Below are positions 49,701 to 55,862 of a stretch of DNA of 56,749 nucleotides, piece after piece. Numbering within the stretch: position 1 is the first letter of the stretch; the number at the start of each line of letters is the position of its first letter. Under the pieces are notes generated by a model that saw nothing but the letters and a program-made list of their open reading frames with translations, ran no database searches and was not told where the DNA came from. Position numbers and translations under genes: made by a program. Origin of the DNA: Prorocentrum cordatum (Eukaryota); the NCBI GenBank assembly GCA_963575745.1, contig CAUYUJ010000071.1:62001-118749 (forward strand). Direction: 5' to 3'.

Positions 49701-52700
49701 CTCGGGCACCCTCGGCTCTGCTGGTCTTGACGCTGGGACCGCTGGTGCGCTGCCGGGCGCGGCGGCGCACGGTCCCCCCGCGGCGCCTCGTGCCCAACCG
49801 GCTGAGGCCCCTGAAGCGGCGATGGTCGAACCAGCGCGTCTCTTCCAGGAGGAGGTCGTCGAGGCGCCCGTGGAGCTCAAGTTGGATCTGCTTCTACCGG
49901 TGCCGCTGCGCCGTGGCACGGCCCCCCTCCACATCGCCACCATCAACGGGGACACGTGGCAAGGGGCTCGCACGGTGCTGGAGTGGAACGCTGCAGCCGG
50001 CAGGCGCTTTGACGTGGCCTTCGTTCAGGAGACGAGGTTCCCCGACTCCGAGGCGGCTGGGGGCGCTCGCCAGTGGTGCTTGGGCCAGGGCTGTCATCTT
50101 GCCCTGGGCCCTCCTCGTCGGACTGGCGCTGAGCGTCTGGCTGTCAGTGGCGGCGTGGGCCTCTGCATCGGCACGCACATTGGGGTCTTCAGTGGCATTG
50201 CTGTCCCTGATGAGTGGAGCCATCGCATTGTGGCCAGGAAGATCCACCTCGGCGAGGGCTCGGTCCTCTTGGTGATCTCTCTCTACATGATCACCTCCAT
50301 CGGCCTCACTGGTGATAACCTGGCGCTCCTTGCGGAGGTGGCGTCTATTGTTGGGCAGTTCCCTGTGCCCTTCATCATCGGCGCCGACTGGAACGTTGAC
50401 GCCCACGACCTTGTGGCCAGCGACTGGTGCCAGGAGGTGGACGGGATCATCGTCAACCCTGGTGTCCCGACATGCGGGGACAACGAGTACGACTACTTCG
50501 TCATGTCCCGCTCGCTGGCCCACCACACCTCCCACCCTCAGGCGTTTGCTGGCACACCTGCCGGCACTCATGTTCAGGTGTGTTGCACCCTGGGGGATAT
50601 TTGGGAGCATCCGACGGCTTGGCTGGAGGATCCTCGGCGGCCCTTCTCAGTAGCCAGGAAGGCTGTCGGATCTGAGGAGTCGGTCAAGCCCAGGGAGCAG
50701 CCCACCTCCGAGTCGCAGCGGGAGGCTGCGGAGTTGCTCGAGCCCTTGGAGTGTTTGCAGACAGCCAGTGCGAGGTGGTTCGACCTAGCCGAGGCCTCTC
50801 TCATCCGCTCCCAGCAGATTGACTTATCGGTTGCTCATCACCACCGTGGGCGAGGTCGAGGCATTCGTCTGGTGGAGCGGCCTTTGCTTGAAGTCCATGA
50901 GCGGCGGCAGCGCCGTCACGACTCGTCCGACACCGAGGCTTGGTGGAGCCTTCTTCGCATTTGGAGAGCAATGCTTCGGTGGGGGCAGGCCAGCCGTGGT
51001 TCTCGCGGCAAGCGACAGGTGGTGCGTGCCCGCCTTCATCTTCAGGCCCAGGCCCTGACATTACCTCCAGCTGTGGCTGGTGCCGAGGCCCTTCGTACGG
51101 TGGCCGTCGACAAGTGGCTTGGGCTTGCTGAGCGGGACAGCCCTCTTTCTGCTTGGTTTGAGGATCTTCTCGAGGAGGAGGTGGCCGTGCGCAGGCGAGC
51201 TGACGCGGCTGCCAAGGCCAAGCTATGGCGAGATTTTTGCAAGTCGGCCCTCGACGGCCCCGGGAGGATTGCGCACAAGCTTATTAAGCCGAAGATTGTC
51301 GAGCCTCTCCCTGTATCCCTGCCTGGCGACGTTGATTCCCTGCCGCAGGTGGGCTCGCTGGCGGTTGAGGGTGTTTTGCAGGAGTGGCTTCCGCTTTGGA
51401 TCAAGGACTCGAGGAATGATGAGCAGCACGCCTCCGAGTGGAATGTGGCGACAACCCTTGAGCCCATCAGTGTCTCGCAGGTGCGCTCGGCCATCCTCTT
51501 CTTCGGCAGGAGGAAAGGCCTGGGCTGGGACTCCTTTCATCCGCGGCTGCTTGGGGAGCTCTCGGACGCCTTGGTTGCTCGATTTGCGGCCATCTTAAAC
51601 CGGTTTGAGCTCACTGCCGAAGTCCCCGAGCTTTGGACGACGATGTTCGTTTTCATTCCCAAGCCTCCTCCTGACGTCGGCCGTCGGCCGATAGGGCTCC
51701 TGGGCCTATGGCCCCGCGTATGGTCCAGGGTACGACAGCAACGAGTTCGCGGTTGGGAACACAGTGTGGATGCCAGCTTCTTTTGGGGCAAGTCCGGCGA
51801 TACGGCGGCCGACAGAGCTGCTTACATCCACAACCTGCTGGTGGTGCATGCTAAGCGCCACGGCTTCGTCAGCGGCACTCTGTACTACGACGTGCGGAAG
51901 TTTTACGAGAACATCTCCCACGGCGCCATGCGCGAGGCTGGCAGGCACTACGGCTTTGACGAGCAGCTGCTGCGATGCCTGTGCGCGGTCTACCGTGGAC
52001 CCAGGCGGGCCCGCTGGCTTGGCGCGACCTCGCGCCTGGTTGTCCCCAACGGCACGGTGATCGCGGGTTGCAGCTGCGCGACTGGCACCGTGAAGCTCAT
52101 GACCCTGTGCGTTTTACGGACTATTGCCATTGAGACGCCTGTCTGCCGGCCGCTGAACTTGGTGGACGACTTGAAGGTGCATGCTGTGGGTTCTCTCCGC
52201 ACTGTGGCTCGGCAATTGGTCAAAGCAGCCACGATTGTAGCCACTCAGATGAATGAGCTCGACCTTCCGCTCAACTTGGACAAGACCTGCTTCCTGTGTT
52301 CGAGCCCTGAGTTGCTCGAGGCTCTGCTGGACGACCCCGACTGGCCGTTCGACGAGTCCTTCCTGGCCACCACCCACCGTGACCTGGGTGGCGACGCTTC
52401 TGACGGCAAGGCTCGCCGCGTGCCTGTGCAAAACAAGCGCCTCCTCGAATCGTCGGCCGCTGCGACTCGGCTCTCGAAGATTGGGCGGGGGAGGGAGGCT
52501 TCTCGGGTGCACAGAGCGGGCCCAGTCGCTAAGGCCACGTGGGGGGCGCACATTAATGGTCTTGGGAATTCGGCTCTGAGGACTCTGAGGGTGGCCTCTG
52601 CCAGGTCTTTTGGCCCCCTCCAGCCTGGATCCTCCCTCGGCCTCACCTTCCTTCTTTGCGGGGCCCCCCAGCGGGATCCTCTTGTTTCGACGACGGTGGA

Positions 52701-55035
52701 CGCCGTCAAGTCATTTGTTTCTGTCTGGTGGCACCGCAGTGTCACGAAGCAGGTCCTCCTCTCTGCGTTTGACGATGCACTCGTGTCTGCGAGGAAACCT
52801 AAACCCTGGGGCTCCGCCAAGCAACCTCTTGCCGCTCTTGTGTTAACGCTTGCTCGGATTGGTTGGAGGTTGGATGTCCCAAACGAGGTCCTGATTGACC
52901 AGGCGGGTCGCTCCTGGAGTTTGTCTGTGTTTTCCCCGGCCTTCTTCGCCCTTCGCGTGCGCGAGGCGTGTGAGGAAGCGATTGTAATGGAAGAGCAGGC
53001 TAGGCAGAGTGATTTTGGAGCCGAATGGCGCGGCCCCATCTGTCTCAAGCCGGCTCTGGATCTGATCTCGAAGCAAGGCTCAGCTTGGTCTGATCATTGT
53101 CGTCACTGCTTGCGCAGCCTTGTTACCAACAGGTATTGGTGCCAGCAGCGGTTTCATGACGCCTGTCAGGACATACCCCCTGCCTGCCTGGCCTGCCAGG
53201 CCCCATCAGGTACCATGTTTCATCGTCGATTTGATTGCCCCGCCCACGATGCGTGGCGACGGGATGTTTTGAGCCCCGACCTGCGCCGGGCAGCGGGTAG
53301 AGTGCGCCTTCTTTCGTCTAGGGCCCAGGAGTTGTTCGCCAGGTGTGTGCTCCCAGACCCCACTTGCTGGTTCTCGCGCCCCTCCGAACCCCCTGAGGCC
53401 ACGGTCTATAGGCACAATTGGCCTGCCGACGGGCTGGTGCTCGGGGAAGGGGCCCATGTGTTCTTGGACGGCTCGTGTTTCGAGCCTGCCCTCCCTAGGA
53501 TTCGATCGGCAGGATGGGCGGTGATCGTTACGGACGGGTGGGGGAAAGTTGCTCGTGCGATTTGGGGGCGCGTGCCCGTGTGTGAAGCTCCAGCCCAGGT
53601 CGCCCGTGACGGTGAGGACTATGCAGTGGTCTCTCTCGTTCGCCATGCTACTGTGTTCCCTGGGGCCAACTTGCATGGGGACTGTGCCGGAACTCTCGGG
53701 TATGTTTCGGACCCCGCGGGAGCTGTTTGTCCCGATAATGTTCGGGCGCATATGTGGCAGCATGTGTTTGATAAGCTCGACGGAGTGCGGTGGCGTAAAG
53801 TTCCTGCCCATTGCACCCTTCGTGATGTCGAGAACGGTAAGCTCAGCCGTCTCGAGTATCTCGGCAATAAGGCTGCCGATGAATATGCCAAGCGAGGCGC
53901 CTCATTGGGTCGAATCTCTGCCGCTGATCGTGCCGTCGTCGATGGTTGCTTTGAGTTGTCCCGGCTGTTGTGCAAGTTCTCAGCTGAGCAAGAAGCTCGG
54001 ATCGGGGACAGTGGGCAGTTCGACCATGTCGGCATCGATTGGCTGAGGCATATCACCCTTGAGGTCCCTCCTCTCCCTGATGATCCTCCTCCTCCTTCCG
54101 AGCCTTCTCCTCCTGGCCGTTTTGATTGTGGCTCCGTACGGCGGCCTCCTATTGGGAGTGGCGGGACGGGTCGGGAGTCGGGAGGGGTGGGCGACGACGG
54201 TGAGGAGGGCAGGGCCGAGAGGCCCGACCTCCATGTCTGGCCGGCCCGCGCCCACGACATCATAGAGTGTGGGGTCACTGACCCCGCTGGGGCGGCCGCT
54301 GGCTCCCTGGCCTTCTGCACCCGTTGCGGTTCAGTCTGTACCGTCGGAGGGCACGGTGGCAAGACTGCTCTCGCGTCGGATTGTCTGGGCCATCGTTCCC
54401 AGGGTCGTGAGAGGCAGTTGGCTTGGATTTTGCAGGGCCGCCATCCTTCGAAGAAAGATTTTCGGGTCTCGCGAGCGACCGTGTTATCGGACCCAGCTCG
54501 AGACTACCTCGCCGCCAAGATGGGTCTGGACGACCTCCCGTTGCTCGCGCCATCTCGGTCCAGAGGCTATCTGGCTTCTTCGTCGGGCGGGATTGGGAGG
54601 GTTTGGGCTGGGACTGGGGTCGACCTTCAGCGAGGCCTTTCACTTTACGGGTTCAGCTCTCGGGAAGAGGCTGAATCGCTCGGCGCTCGAGCGCAAGAGC
54701 GCCGACGGCAGGTTGTGCCGCCCGAGGAGGACTTGGACCCTCCCTAACTCGTTTGGAGTTTGTTTGATGCATGTTTAATGTGGTGGCACCTTTCTAGCCG
54801 TTGCCGGGCTCCTCCTCCTCCTCCTCCTCCTCCTCCTCCTCCTCCTCCCCCTCTTCCTCCTCCTCCTCCGCCTATTCCTCCTCCTCCTCCTCCTCCTCCT
54901 ACTCCTCCCAGTCTCAACCTCCATGCCTGCTGCAGCCCCGTCGCCCACCCGAGCCTTCCCGACCAGCTCCTCCTCCACCGACAGCACCACCGGCGCCGCG
55001 CGCGGCTCCGCCGCGGGCACCGCGGGGGCCGCGGC
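11445..55035 (-). CDS. multi-exon host gene (partial): triple-KH-domain RNA-binding protein with RS-rich region (FUBP/KHSRP-like architecture)
   Basis: Eight exons splice in frame and rebuild three KH domains with GxxG loops (ELVGK|VIGRGGE, LVGILIGKNGE, LVGMLIGKGGD). Start and stop codons not found in the window. Confidence 0.9.
11841..12800. mobile_element. non-coding repeat element flanked by (CAA)n, copy 1, with internal 41-bp tandem array
   Basis: Shares its left end (cgctctta..attcaacacgtataccc..ccctcttcgtcttcgatc) and right end (ttctt..aatgaga.ttc) with 13441-14160; gaagtctcaggcgggagcg recurs every 41 bp at about 12240-12640. Confidence 0.7.
12801..13440. repeat. degenerate (CAA)n/(CAG)n microsatellite
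   Basis: Visible directly in sequence. Confidence 0.95.
13441..14160. mobile_element. non-coding repeat element flanked by (CAA)n, copy 2 (diverged)
   Basis: Same termini as 11841-12800; shorter, degenerate internal repeats. Confidence 0.65.
15046..15228. mobile_element. MITE with about 30-bp TIRs and TA flanks (Tc1/mariner-type)
   Basis: TA-ctccagatttcgtaataaagggaggggg ... ccccctcccttttattacgaaatctggag-TA. Confidence 0.88.
16180..17480. repeat. degenerate (GAGT)n tract enclosing an about 155-bp tandem repeat x4
   Basis: ggcaaaccgc..ga...a.ccccacaatctgggcgcg recurs near 16750, 16905, 17055 and 17210. Confidence 0.75.
18145..18231 (-). CDS. KH gene exon g (DDTPDKPDKRTVYLSGMPDNIERAKRMIK)
   Basis: aag|G acceptor, AAG|ga donor, 87 bp; completes KH3. 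Confidence 0.88.
19155..20733 (+). mobile_element. composite non-autonomous element (HINE/DINE-1-like), copy 1
   Basis: T-run plus ACCTAACAGCGA (19160-19171), 73-bp tandem repeats, (GCTGAG)n tract, TCGCTGTTAGGT (20705-20716) 17 bp before the shared end; second copy at 47493. Confidence 0.8.
22418..22576 (-). CDS. KH gene exon f (KH3 N-terminal part)
   Basis: gag|G acceptor, AAG|ga donor, 159 bp; LVGMLIGKGGDTINSISKDCGVRIEISK. Confidence 0.9.
22807..22938 (-). CDS. KH gene exon e (VIHITGPPECIEFAKKMVEEM...DKGK)
   Basis: cag|G acceptor, AAG|gc donor, 132 bp. Confidence 0.88.
22967..23292. mobile_element. MITE-like insert filling most of KH intron d-e
   Basis: About 30-bp imperfect inverted repeats ccgtgccatgtcaaggccatcctggggcct / aggcccaggatagtcctgactgggcacgg; internal direct repeat tacgccctcctggccgaggtc x2. 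Confidence 0.65.
23323..23582 (-). CDS. KH gene exon d (end of KH1, most of KH2)
   Basis: cag|G acceptor in phase 1, AGG|gt donor, 260 bp; KRSVFISG...LVGILIGKNGETIKDLKKESGARIDISK. Confidence 0.92.
25085..25740. repeat. degenerate (CAT)n microsatellite
   Basis: Visible directly in sequence. Confidence 0.93.
25920..29040 (-). mobile_element. decayed RTE-like non-LTR retrotransposon (APE-RT)
   Basis: VNVRGL, IVSAYFP, IIGADCNARVG, ITNTYF, QIDFIL, SDHR, NYRPIA, QAGFR, VDFKKA, QGDPLS and LRFADDI spread over frameshifted ORFs; ends approximate. Confidence 0.9.
29216..29261 (-). CDS. KH gene exon c (NSGARIDISKTGDSP+G)
   Basis: cag|A acceptor, CAG|gc donor, 46 bp; SGARIDISK matches the KH2 repeat. 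Confidence 0.85.
29909..33360. repeat. 90-91-bp tandem satellite, about 38 copies
   Basis: Unit gaaacgtgtgaggggtgtgccgagtcgggtgcgggcacgccatgcggaccctgccgctggggccttcggtggagctcccttctgcgcccac repeated head to tail. Confidence 0.96.
33392..33998. repeat. (GAT)n microsatellite (left flank of YR element; resumes at 40394)
   Basis: Visible directly in sequence. Confidence 0.95.
33999..34327 (-). repeat. 3' repeat cassette: B1 (34212-34327), A2 (34143-34211), pyrimidine spacer (34115-34142), B2 (33999-34114)
   Basis: B1 and B2 are both 116 bp with 2 mismatches. Confidence 0.95.
34372..38565 (-). CDS. RT-RNaseH polyprotein, open through the YR region into a degenerate C5-methyltransferase-like domain
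   Basis: RT: FFVTKKDGSLRMVFD, ADIQCAFY, MPMGW, YVDN, FTG. DIRS-type RNaseH: ASDSS, LESE, FVDN, WVPSEFNPSDAPSR. C-terminus: ICFD, GVWASP, AECP, FCQYG, PTKLW, YP. Confidence 0.92.
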   Translation of the reverse strand: MAVSSDERQRNIFPLPRLAVDARREFCVSRRARQRCDRGAAWRVWANECIDSLSDLNGQRSCGREVSAPDGAANLPQRLALEHIADSFQSFSWPADMPVDKATSDAALEELLRHTPGYCEDDTVVRPYAKDSVSWPAAGTTPTPLGDICSEAALHRLESWRTSMLVSESEADARRKESGLVKPYVDPLLLSCPDRYADFLRRLDAAGMLRFRPRRQREQPSVGVFFVTKKDGSLRMVFDTRIANLSFVEPAGTKLPTSASWAGMEISPEVSGYMAAADIQCAFYHMKLPSELARAFTLPCVTNRVLRLDGMGLDIDVVPEILVMPMGWNWALHFCQDALTNIIVRDAAVEGHRFIVDGAPPTVLQRTDDWAVAAYVDNFCVVAGSRELADRVLQRISEAVSRHHLPVHEVQGARTSMIFTGLEFDGIKGAMRVPCARLARLRLGIRSVLRHGKISPRALSSLVGHITWAMLSRRETLSMLSATFAFSRSRSPEPTKIWDGVLRELQWVQSTLPLWATSWRLPWAPDVTASDSSGYGIGVCRRTLPVPVVAEIGRLAEKVRYRFYDAIAARQHALSGSPEVPSSAVQRPSGHVLGDAHEASSSQEGLLRPEKMVQKDAPANSGNSPGHLFLRFRGLDDVANFENALDVGAGLPGFTEVPEEILRETDWKVVHSSRVHAKGNNILESEGDALEFALRHLLRSGPLQGHRLLLFVDNLALALSAGKGRGRTANLTRPLRRITSLLLATGCRAYVRWVPSEFNPSDAPSRSGFFVGPHWQGDRPRGDGAARASAREAPSPRHDAGAPEARPPGVPDGAEVRPPELPGGGGAHRRHRQELLGARPEAGHLVPVDGPVLDYVVGARRDLDGLPGAPGLRRLRHGDGADNAVGVATPAASAGPPPRRAAEGVQGAGRLEEAEAALRAAADPSACRDGDRGRDDLARPAALRDVRASLLRGVPPPLGGLSPSRRFAGGAEPAGRQGLRRVGVGAQPERGRAAWEDRDHRRERGPGSDGLVAALGGPQARPSWRHGAVGLRRRGGPRRLQPGGRAAGAGGAALSVRAAPQRGQRRLAGRAAFPSRGEGPREVDHRLLTAPLREEDQAPAADQQPARQRDGVRPARGRAPRHADRGGSAGVAFPVAGAREAGRLVSWPGETITDEQVDGYLTRQLSAALAAACVFPRSVFIGIGSASWPIVRRWRARGFAAICFDPNKHPGLDWSRPAVRQRILGWLRGSLVLGVWASPSSGPGPPSSRSRGFWGSLAAMILESHRLRVPVIAECPLCSAQPSLASFRHACSLASQSAEFNFCQYGGLHPRPTKLWAWGADFPRLSARPLCDGRGGRCTGNNKFHVRLTALDPLGRPWALSVNRYPREFSQWGADWLVNSATNLRDARLSKLASVNV
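35082..36281 (-). CDS. tyrosine recombinase
   Basis: YLRPSEA (R), GKTG (K), LYVLRH, RGRW, LRRYAK (catalytic Y). Confidence 0.95.
   Translation of the reverse strand: MPRRGRASLSGRTGRAIVHVETAPRGPRRGRRPPRAMTLARQRLAPQASLTELKCGRLSFLEAAALTDATAKSYSAHAQRLVTWCLWMGLSWTTSSELDVILTAFLAHLALDGFDTATGRITLSALRHLLPALGPPRAALPRACRALGGWKKLKPPCVRLPIPRPAVMAIVGAMISLGQLPFAMFVLLSFAAYLRPSEAFRLRGDSLVAPNPLAGKGYGEWGLVLNPSEDGRPGKTGITDESVALDQTDWWPLWAALKLARPGGTALWDFDVAEVRDAFNQAAELLGLEAQPSLYVLRHSAASDDLLAARRSLPEVKDRGRWITDSSLRRYAKRTKLQQQINNLPDNVMEFGQRVDAHLVMLIEAAALGSPFPWPVPARRAVSSRGQVKPSLTSRWTAI
38649..39944 (-). CDS. YR element gag-like ORF1
   Basis: 431-aa ORF directly upstream of RT (ATG at 39938); globular N- and C-terminal parts joined by an Ala/Pro linker; N-terminus homologous to the ORF at 42605. 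Gag label is positional. Confidence 0.8.
   Translation of the reverse strand: MNMAHQLHWALVRYRVPGAHVWHERLIVWRGPGTTVYVITPDGDRYEESGTPDADIAGIIMIAGQGERPAGLRVYGFRALPSDADVWAGIMEAAALFGGGRPASPANMPLAAGNVGGLAVGNHVVADPAPQPAAVPGAPGGPAAGAPAEAMAAAGGAGAAAAAPGGGVAMPGLVAALAGAGAAPAAAPGAPALPAPPAAAAAAAPPAAAAPGAVPAAAAAGGALAVPAAAPPAAAAAPADLRVNAVSIDVRGDRWRDFREGTMLHSSTNWRDWPVRGPRTAAWVCAHIQRQAGTPTAWHTKWMSEWRMSEDDPITREHALLCRILELAVCYDQVNVGELSHLEMTARRLQLLEEKVVEQTFKPKGNDKKDKDKSNVLDDRVENNLFLGAQESRGNVCVCPLLSTWIADELKAEAAVAKERRKAREERALRQ
39941..40312 (-). CDS. YR element ORF0: small Cys-rich putative membrane protein (123 aa)
   Basis: First ATG after the SL-like motif (an in-frame upstream ATG also exists); SCGACAPQLTCPAIPACVC, then hydrophobic LIAAYAAAALTVGLAVGAAGGALLA-RR; stop lies 2 nt before the gag ATG. 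Confidence 0.6.
   Translation of the reverse strand: MQDIVASFSDILRYGAQAVGASVVARAAAPSCGACAPQLTCPAIPACVCAGAGGQVPEPSCGGLIAAYAAAALTVGLAVGAAGGALLARRAESSPAAEAPAASFEETARAQARAVRDKKASTA
40330..40398 (-). repeat. split direct repeat A1 (69 bp), identical to A2 at 34143-34211
   Basis: agacttgagccgaggcgg...cagttatatgat read at both positions. Confidence 0.97.
40901..41800 (+). mobile_element. non-coding insert between (CCT)n tracts, beginning with SL-like fragments
   Basis: CCT runs on both sides; starts agccaggggctcaag..agcatggggctcgag; no credible ORF. Confidence 0.4.
42068..43505 (-). mobile_element. 5' fragment of a second, divergent YR-retrotransposon family (SL-like motif, ORF0-like, gag N-terminus)
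   Basis: ATG at 42605 MNVGYQLFVAYGV..LHAR..VVSPDRG..VYDF aligns with gag MAHQL..VRYRV..WHER..VITPDGD..VYGF; shared 21-nt 5' motif; flanked by (CAT)n; (ACTAC)n expansion at about 43290-43365. Confidence 0.75.
43505..44400. repeat. (CAT)n followed by (CCT)n/CT-rich low-complexity sequence
   Basis: Visible directly in sequence. Confidence 0.93.
44418..44459 (-). CDS. KH gene exon b (VIGRGGEVVKELQK)
   Basis: gag|G acceptor, AAG|ga donor, 42 bp; GxxG loop. Confidence 0.85.
45010..45270. repeat. about 128-bp tandem duplication, with a third diverged copy at about 47200-47310
   Basis: acgtgtgcgcggctttgcgcgctg.tcgcgttcaaa...tacgtggcgtctggatttcca occurs twice. Confidence 0.8.
45955..46200. repeat. 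12-bp minisatellite (ATCGATAGTGAG)n, degenerate
   Basis: Visible directly in sequence. Confidence 0.8.
47323..47451. mobile_element. short MITE; an additional right TIR at 49033-49050
   Basis: tgtccccctacaggagga is inverted to tcctcctgtagaggga(ca) at 47436 and 49033. Confidence 0.65.
47493..49013 (+). mobile_element. composite non-autonomous element (HINE/DINE-1-like), copy 2
   Basis: Same layout as 19155-20733; subterminal IRs at 47498-47509 and 48985-48996. Confidence 0.8.
49574..54808 (+). mobile_element. apparently intact single-ORF non-LTR retrotransposon inside (CCT)n
   Basis: (CCT)n directly on both sides; one 1641-aa ORF; no poly(A) tail. Confidence 0.93.
49822..54747 (+). CDS. APE endonuclease - reverse transcriptase - CCHC zinc finger - RNase H polyprotein
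   Basis: ATINGD, FVQET, IIGADWN, YDYF, GTH; RRPIGL, YDVRKFYE, IAGC, LVDD; CLAC..HRRFDC; VFLDGS, HGDC, KVPAH, GNKAADEYAK. Confidence 0.95.
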   Translation: MVEPARLFQEEVVEAPVELKLDLLLPVPLRRGTAPLHIATINGDTWQGARTVLEWNAAAGRRFDVAFVQETRFPDSEAAGGARQWCLGQGCHLALGPPRRTGAERLAVSGGVGLCIGTHIGVFSGIAVPDEWSHRIVARKIHLGEGSVLLVISLYMITSIGLTGDNLALLAEVASIVGQFPVPFIIGADWNVDAHDLVASDWCQEVDGIIVNPGVPTCGDNEYDYFVMSRSLAHHTSHPQAFAGTPAGTHVQVCCTLGDIWEHPTAWLEDPRRPFSVARKAVGSEESVKPREQPTSESQREAAELLEPLECLQTASARWFDLAEASLIRSQQIDLSVAHHHRGRGRGIRLVERPLLEVHERRQRRHDSSDTEAWWSLLRIWRAMLRWGQASRGSRGKRQVVRARLHLQAQALTLPPAVAGAEALRTVAVDKWLGLAERDSPLSAWFEDLLEEEVAVRRRADAAAKAKLWRDFCKSALDGPGRIAHKLIKPKIVEPLPVSLPGDVDSLPQVGSLAVEGVLQEWLPLWIKDSRNDEQHASEWNVATTLEPISVSQVRSAILFFGRRKGLGWDSFHPRLLGELSDALVARFAAILNRFELTAEVPELWTTMFVFIPKPPPDVGRRPIGLLGLWPRVWSRVRQQRVRGWEHSVDASFFWGKSGDTAADRAAYIHNLLVVHAKRHGFVSGTLYYDVRKFYENISHGAMREAGRHYGFDEQLLRCLCAVYRGPRRARWLGATSRLVVPNGTVIAGCSCATGTVKLMTLCVLRTIAIETPVCRPLNLVDDLKVHAVGSLRTVARQLVKAATIVATQMNELDLPLNLDKTCFLCSSPELLEALLDDPDWPFDESFLATTHRDLGGDASDGKARRVPVQNKRLLESSAAATRLSKIGRGREASRVHRAGPVAKATWGAHINGLGNSALRTLRVASARSFGPLQPGSSLGLTFLLCGAPQRDPLVSTTVDAVKSFVSVWWHRSVTKQVLLSAFDDALVSARKPKPWGSAKQPLAALVLTLARIGWRLDVPNEVLIDQAGRSWSLSVFSPAFFALRVREACEEAIVMEEQARQSDFGAEWRGPICLKPALDLISKQGSAWSDHCRHCLRSLVTNRYWCQQRFHDACQDIPPACLACQAPSGTMFHRRFDCPAHDAWRRDVLSPDLRRAAGRVRLLSSRAQELFARCVLPDPTCWFSRPSEPPEATVYRHNWPADGLVLGEGAHVFLDGSCFEPALPRIRSAGWAVIVTDGWGKVARAIWGRVPVCEAPAQVARDGEDYAVVSLVRHATVFPGANLHGDCAGTLGYVSDPAGAVCPDNVRAHMWQHVFDKLDGVRWRKVPAHCTLRDVENGKLSRLEYLGNKAADEYAKRGASLGRISAADRAVVDGCFELSRLLCKFSAEQEARIGDSGQFDHVGIDWLRHITLEVPPLPDDPPPPSEPSPPGRFDCGSVRRPPIGSGGTGRESGGVGDDGEEGRAERPDLHVWPARAHDIIECGVTDPAGAAAGSLAFCTRCGSVCTVGGHGGKTALASDCLGHRSQGRERQLAWILQGRHPSKKDFRVSRATVLSDPARDYLAAKMGLDDLPLLAPSRSRGYLASSSGGIGRVWAGTGVDLQRGLSLYGFSSREEAESLGARAQERRRQVVPPEEDLDPP
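54955..55035 (-). CDS. KH gene exon a (AAAPAVPAAEPRAAPVVLSVEEELVGK)
   Basis: cag|G acceptor, AAG|gc donor, 81 bp; supplies the first strand and helix of KH1. Confidence 0.75.
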
Positions 55036-55074
55036 CTGCGCGTGCGCGGGGGGGGCGGCACGCCCCGGCTCCGA

Positions 55075-55200
55075 CGGCGCCGCCGACGACGCCGACGACG
55101 GCGACGACGACGACGCCGACGCCGACGCCGACGACGCCGACGCCGACGACGCCGACGACGCCGACGCCGACGCCGACGAGGACGAGGACGAGGACGACGC

Positions 55201-55236
<36 letters not shown>

Positions 55237-55320
55237 CGCCGCCGACGACGCCGACGACGACAACGACAACGACGACAACGACAACGACGACGACGACGCA
55301 GACGCCGACGACGACGAGCG
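55075..55320. repeat. (GAC/GCC)n microsatellite
   Basis: Visible directly in sequence. Confidence 0.93.
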
Positions 55321-55862
55321 CCGGCTCCTCCTGAGGAAGTGGGGCTCCCGCCCCTTGAGAAAGTAGGTGGCCCAGGAGAAGGTCGGAGAAGGATAAGGTA
55401 CCCATACCGTTGTGGATGCCATGACAATGGACACACTAACAATCCTCCAATCATGGAATTAAAGATGTGTTTAAAATGTGTAAAACATATCTAAAAACGT
55501 TTCAAACATGTTCTTACATATCTAATACATGTTTGAAACATGTTTTAGACATCTGGAAATTATTTGGCAGCACGCTTCCTCTCCATTAATCGACTTCCAC
55601 AACCATACCGCTACCCTTCCTGCGTTTTCGCCCTTCTTGGGCCTCCTCGGAGGCCCTCGTCGCCACCGCAGGAGTGGATTCGCCTCGAAATCCTGGTCAG
55701 ATCGCGCACCGGGAAAGGTCCAGGGAGACCGCCTGCTGAAACCTCACGCCTCGTATCGGCGGCCAGCCCGAGGGCTCTCCCCAAACCTCGCACTCATGCG
55801 CGCGTGCAACTTCTACACGGATGGAGGCGGTTCCTGTGCAAAGTGAGGCTCTCAATTGACGC

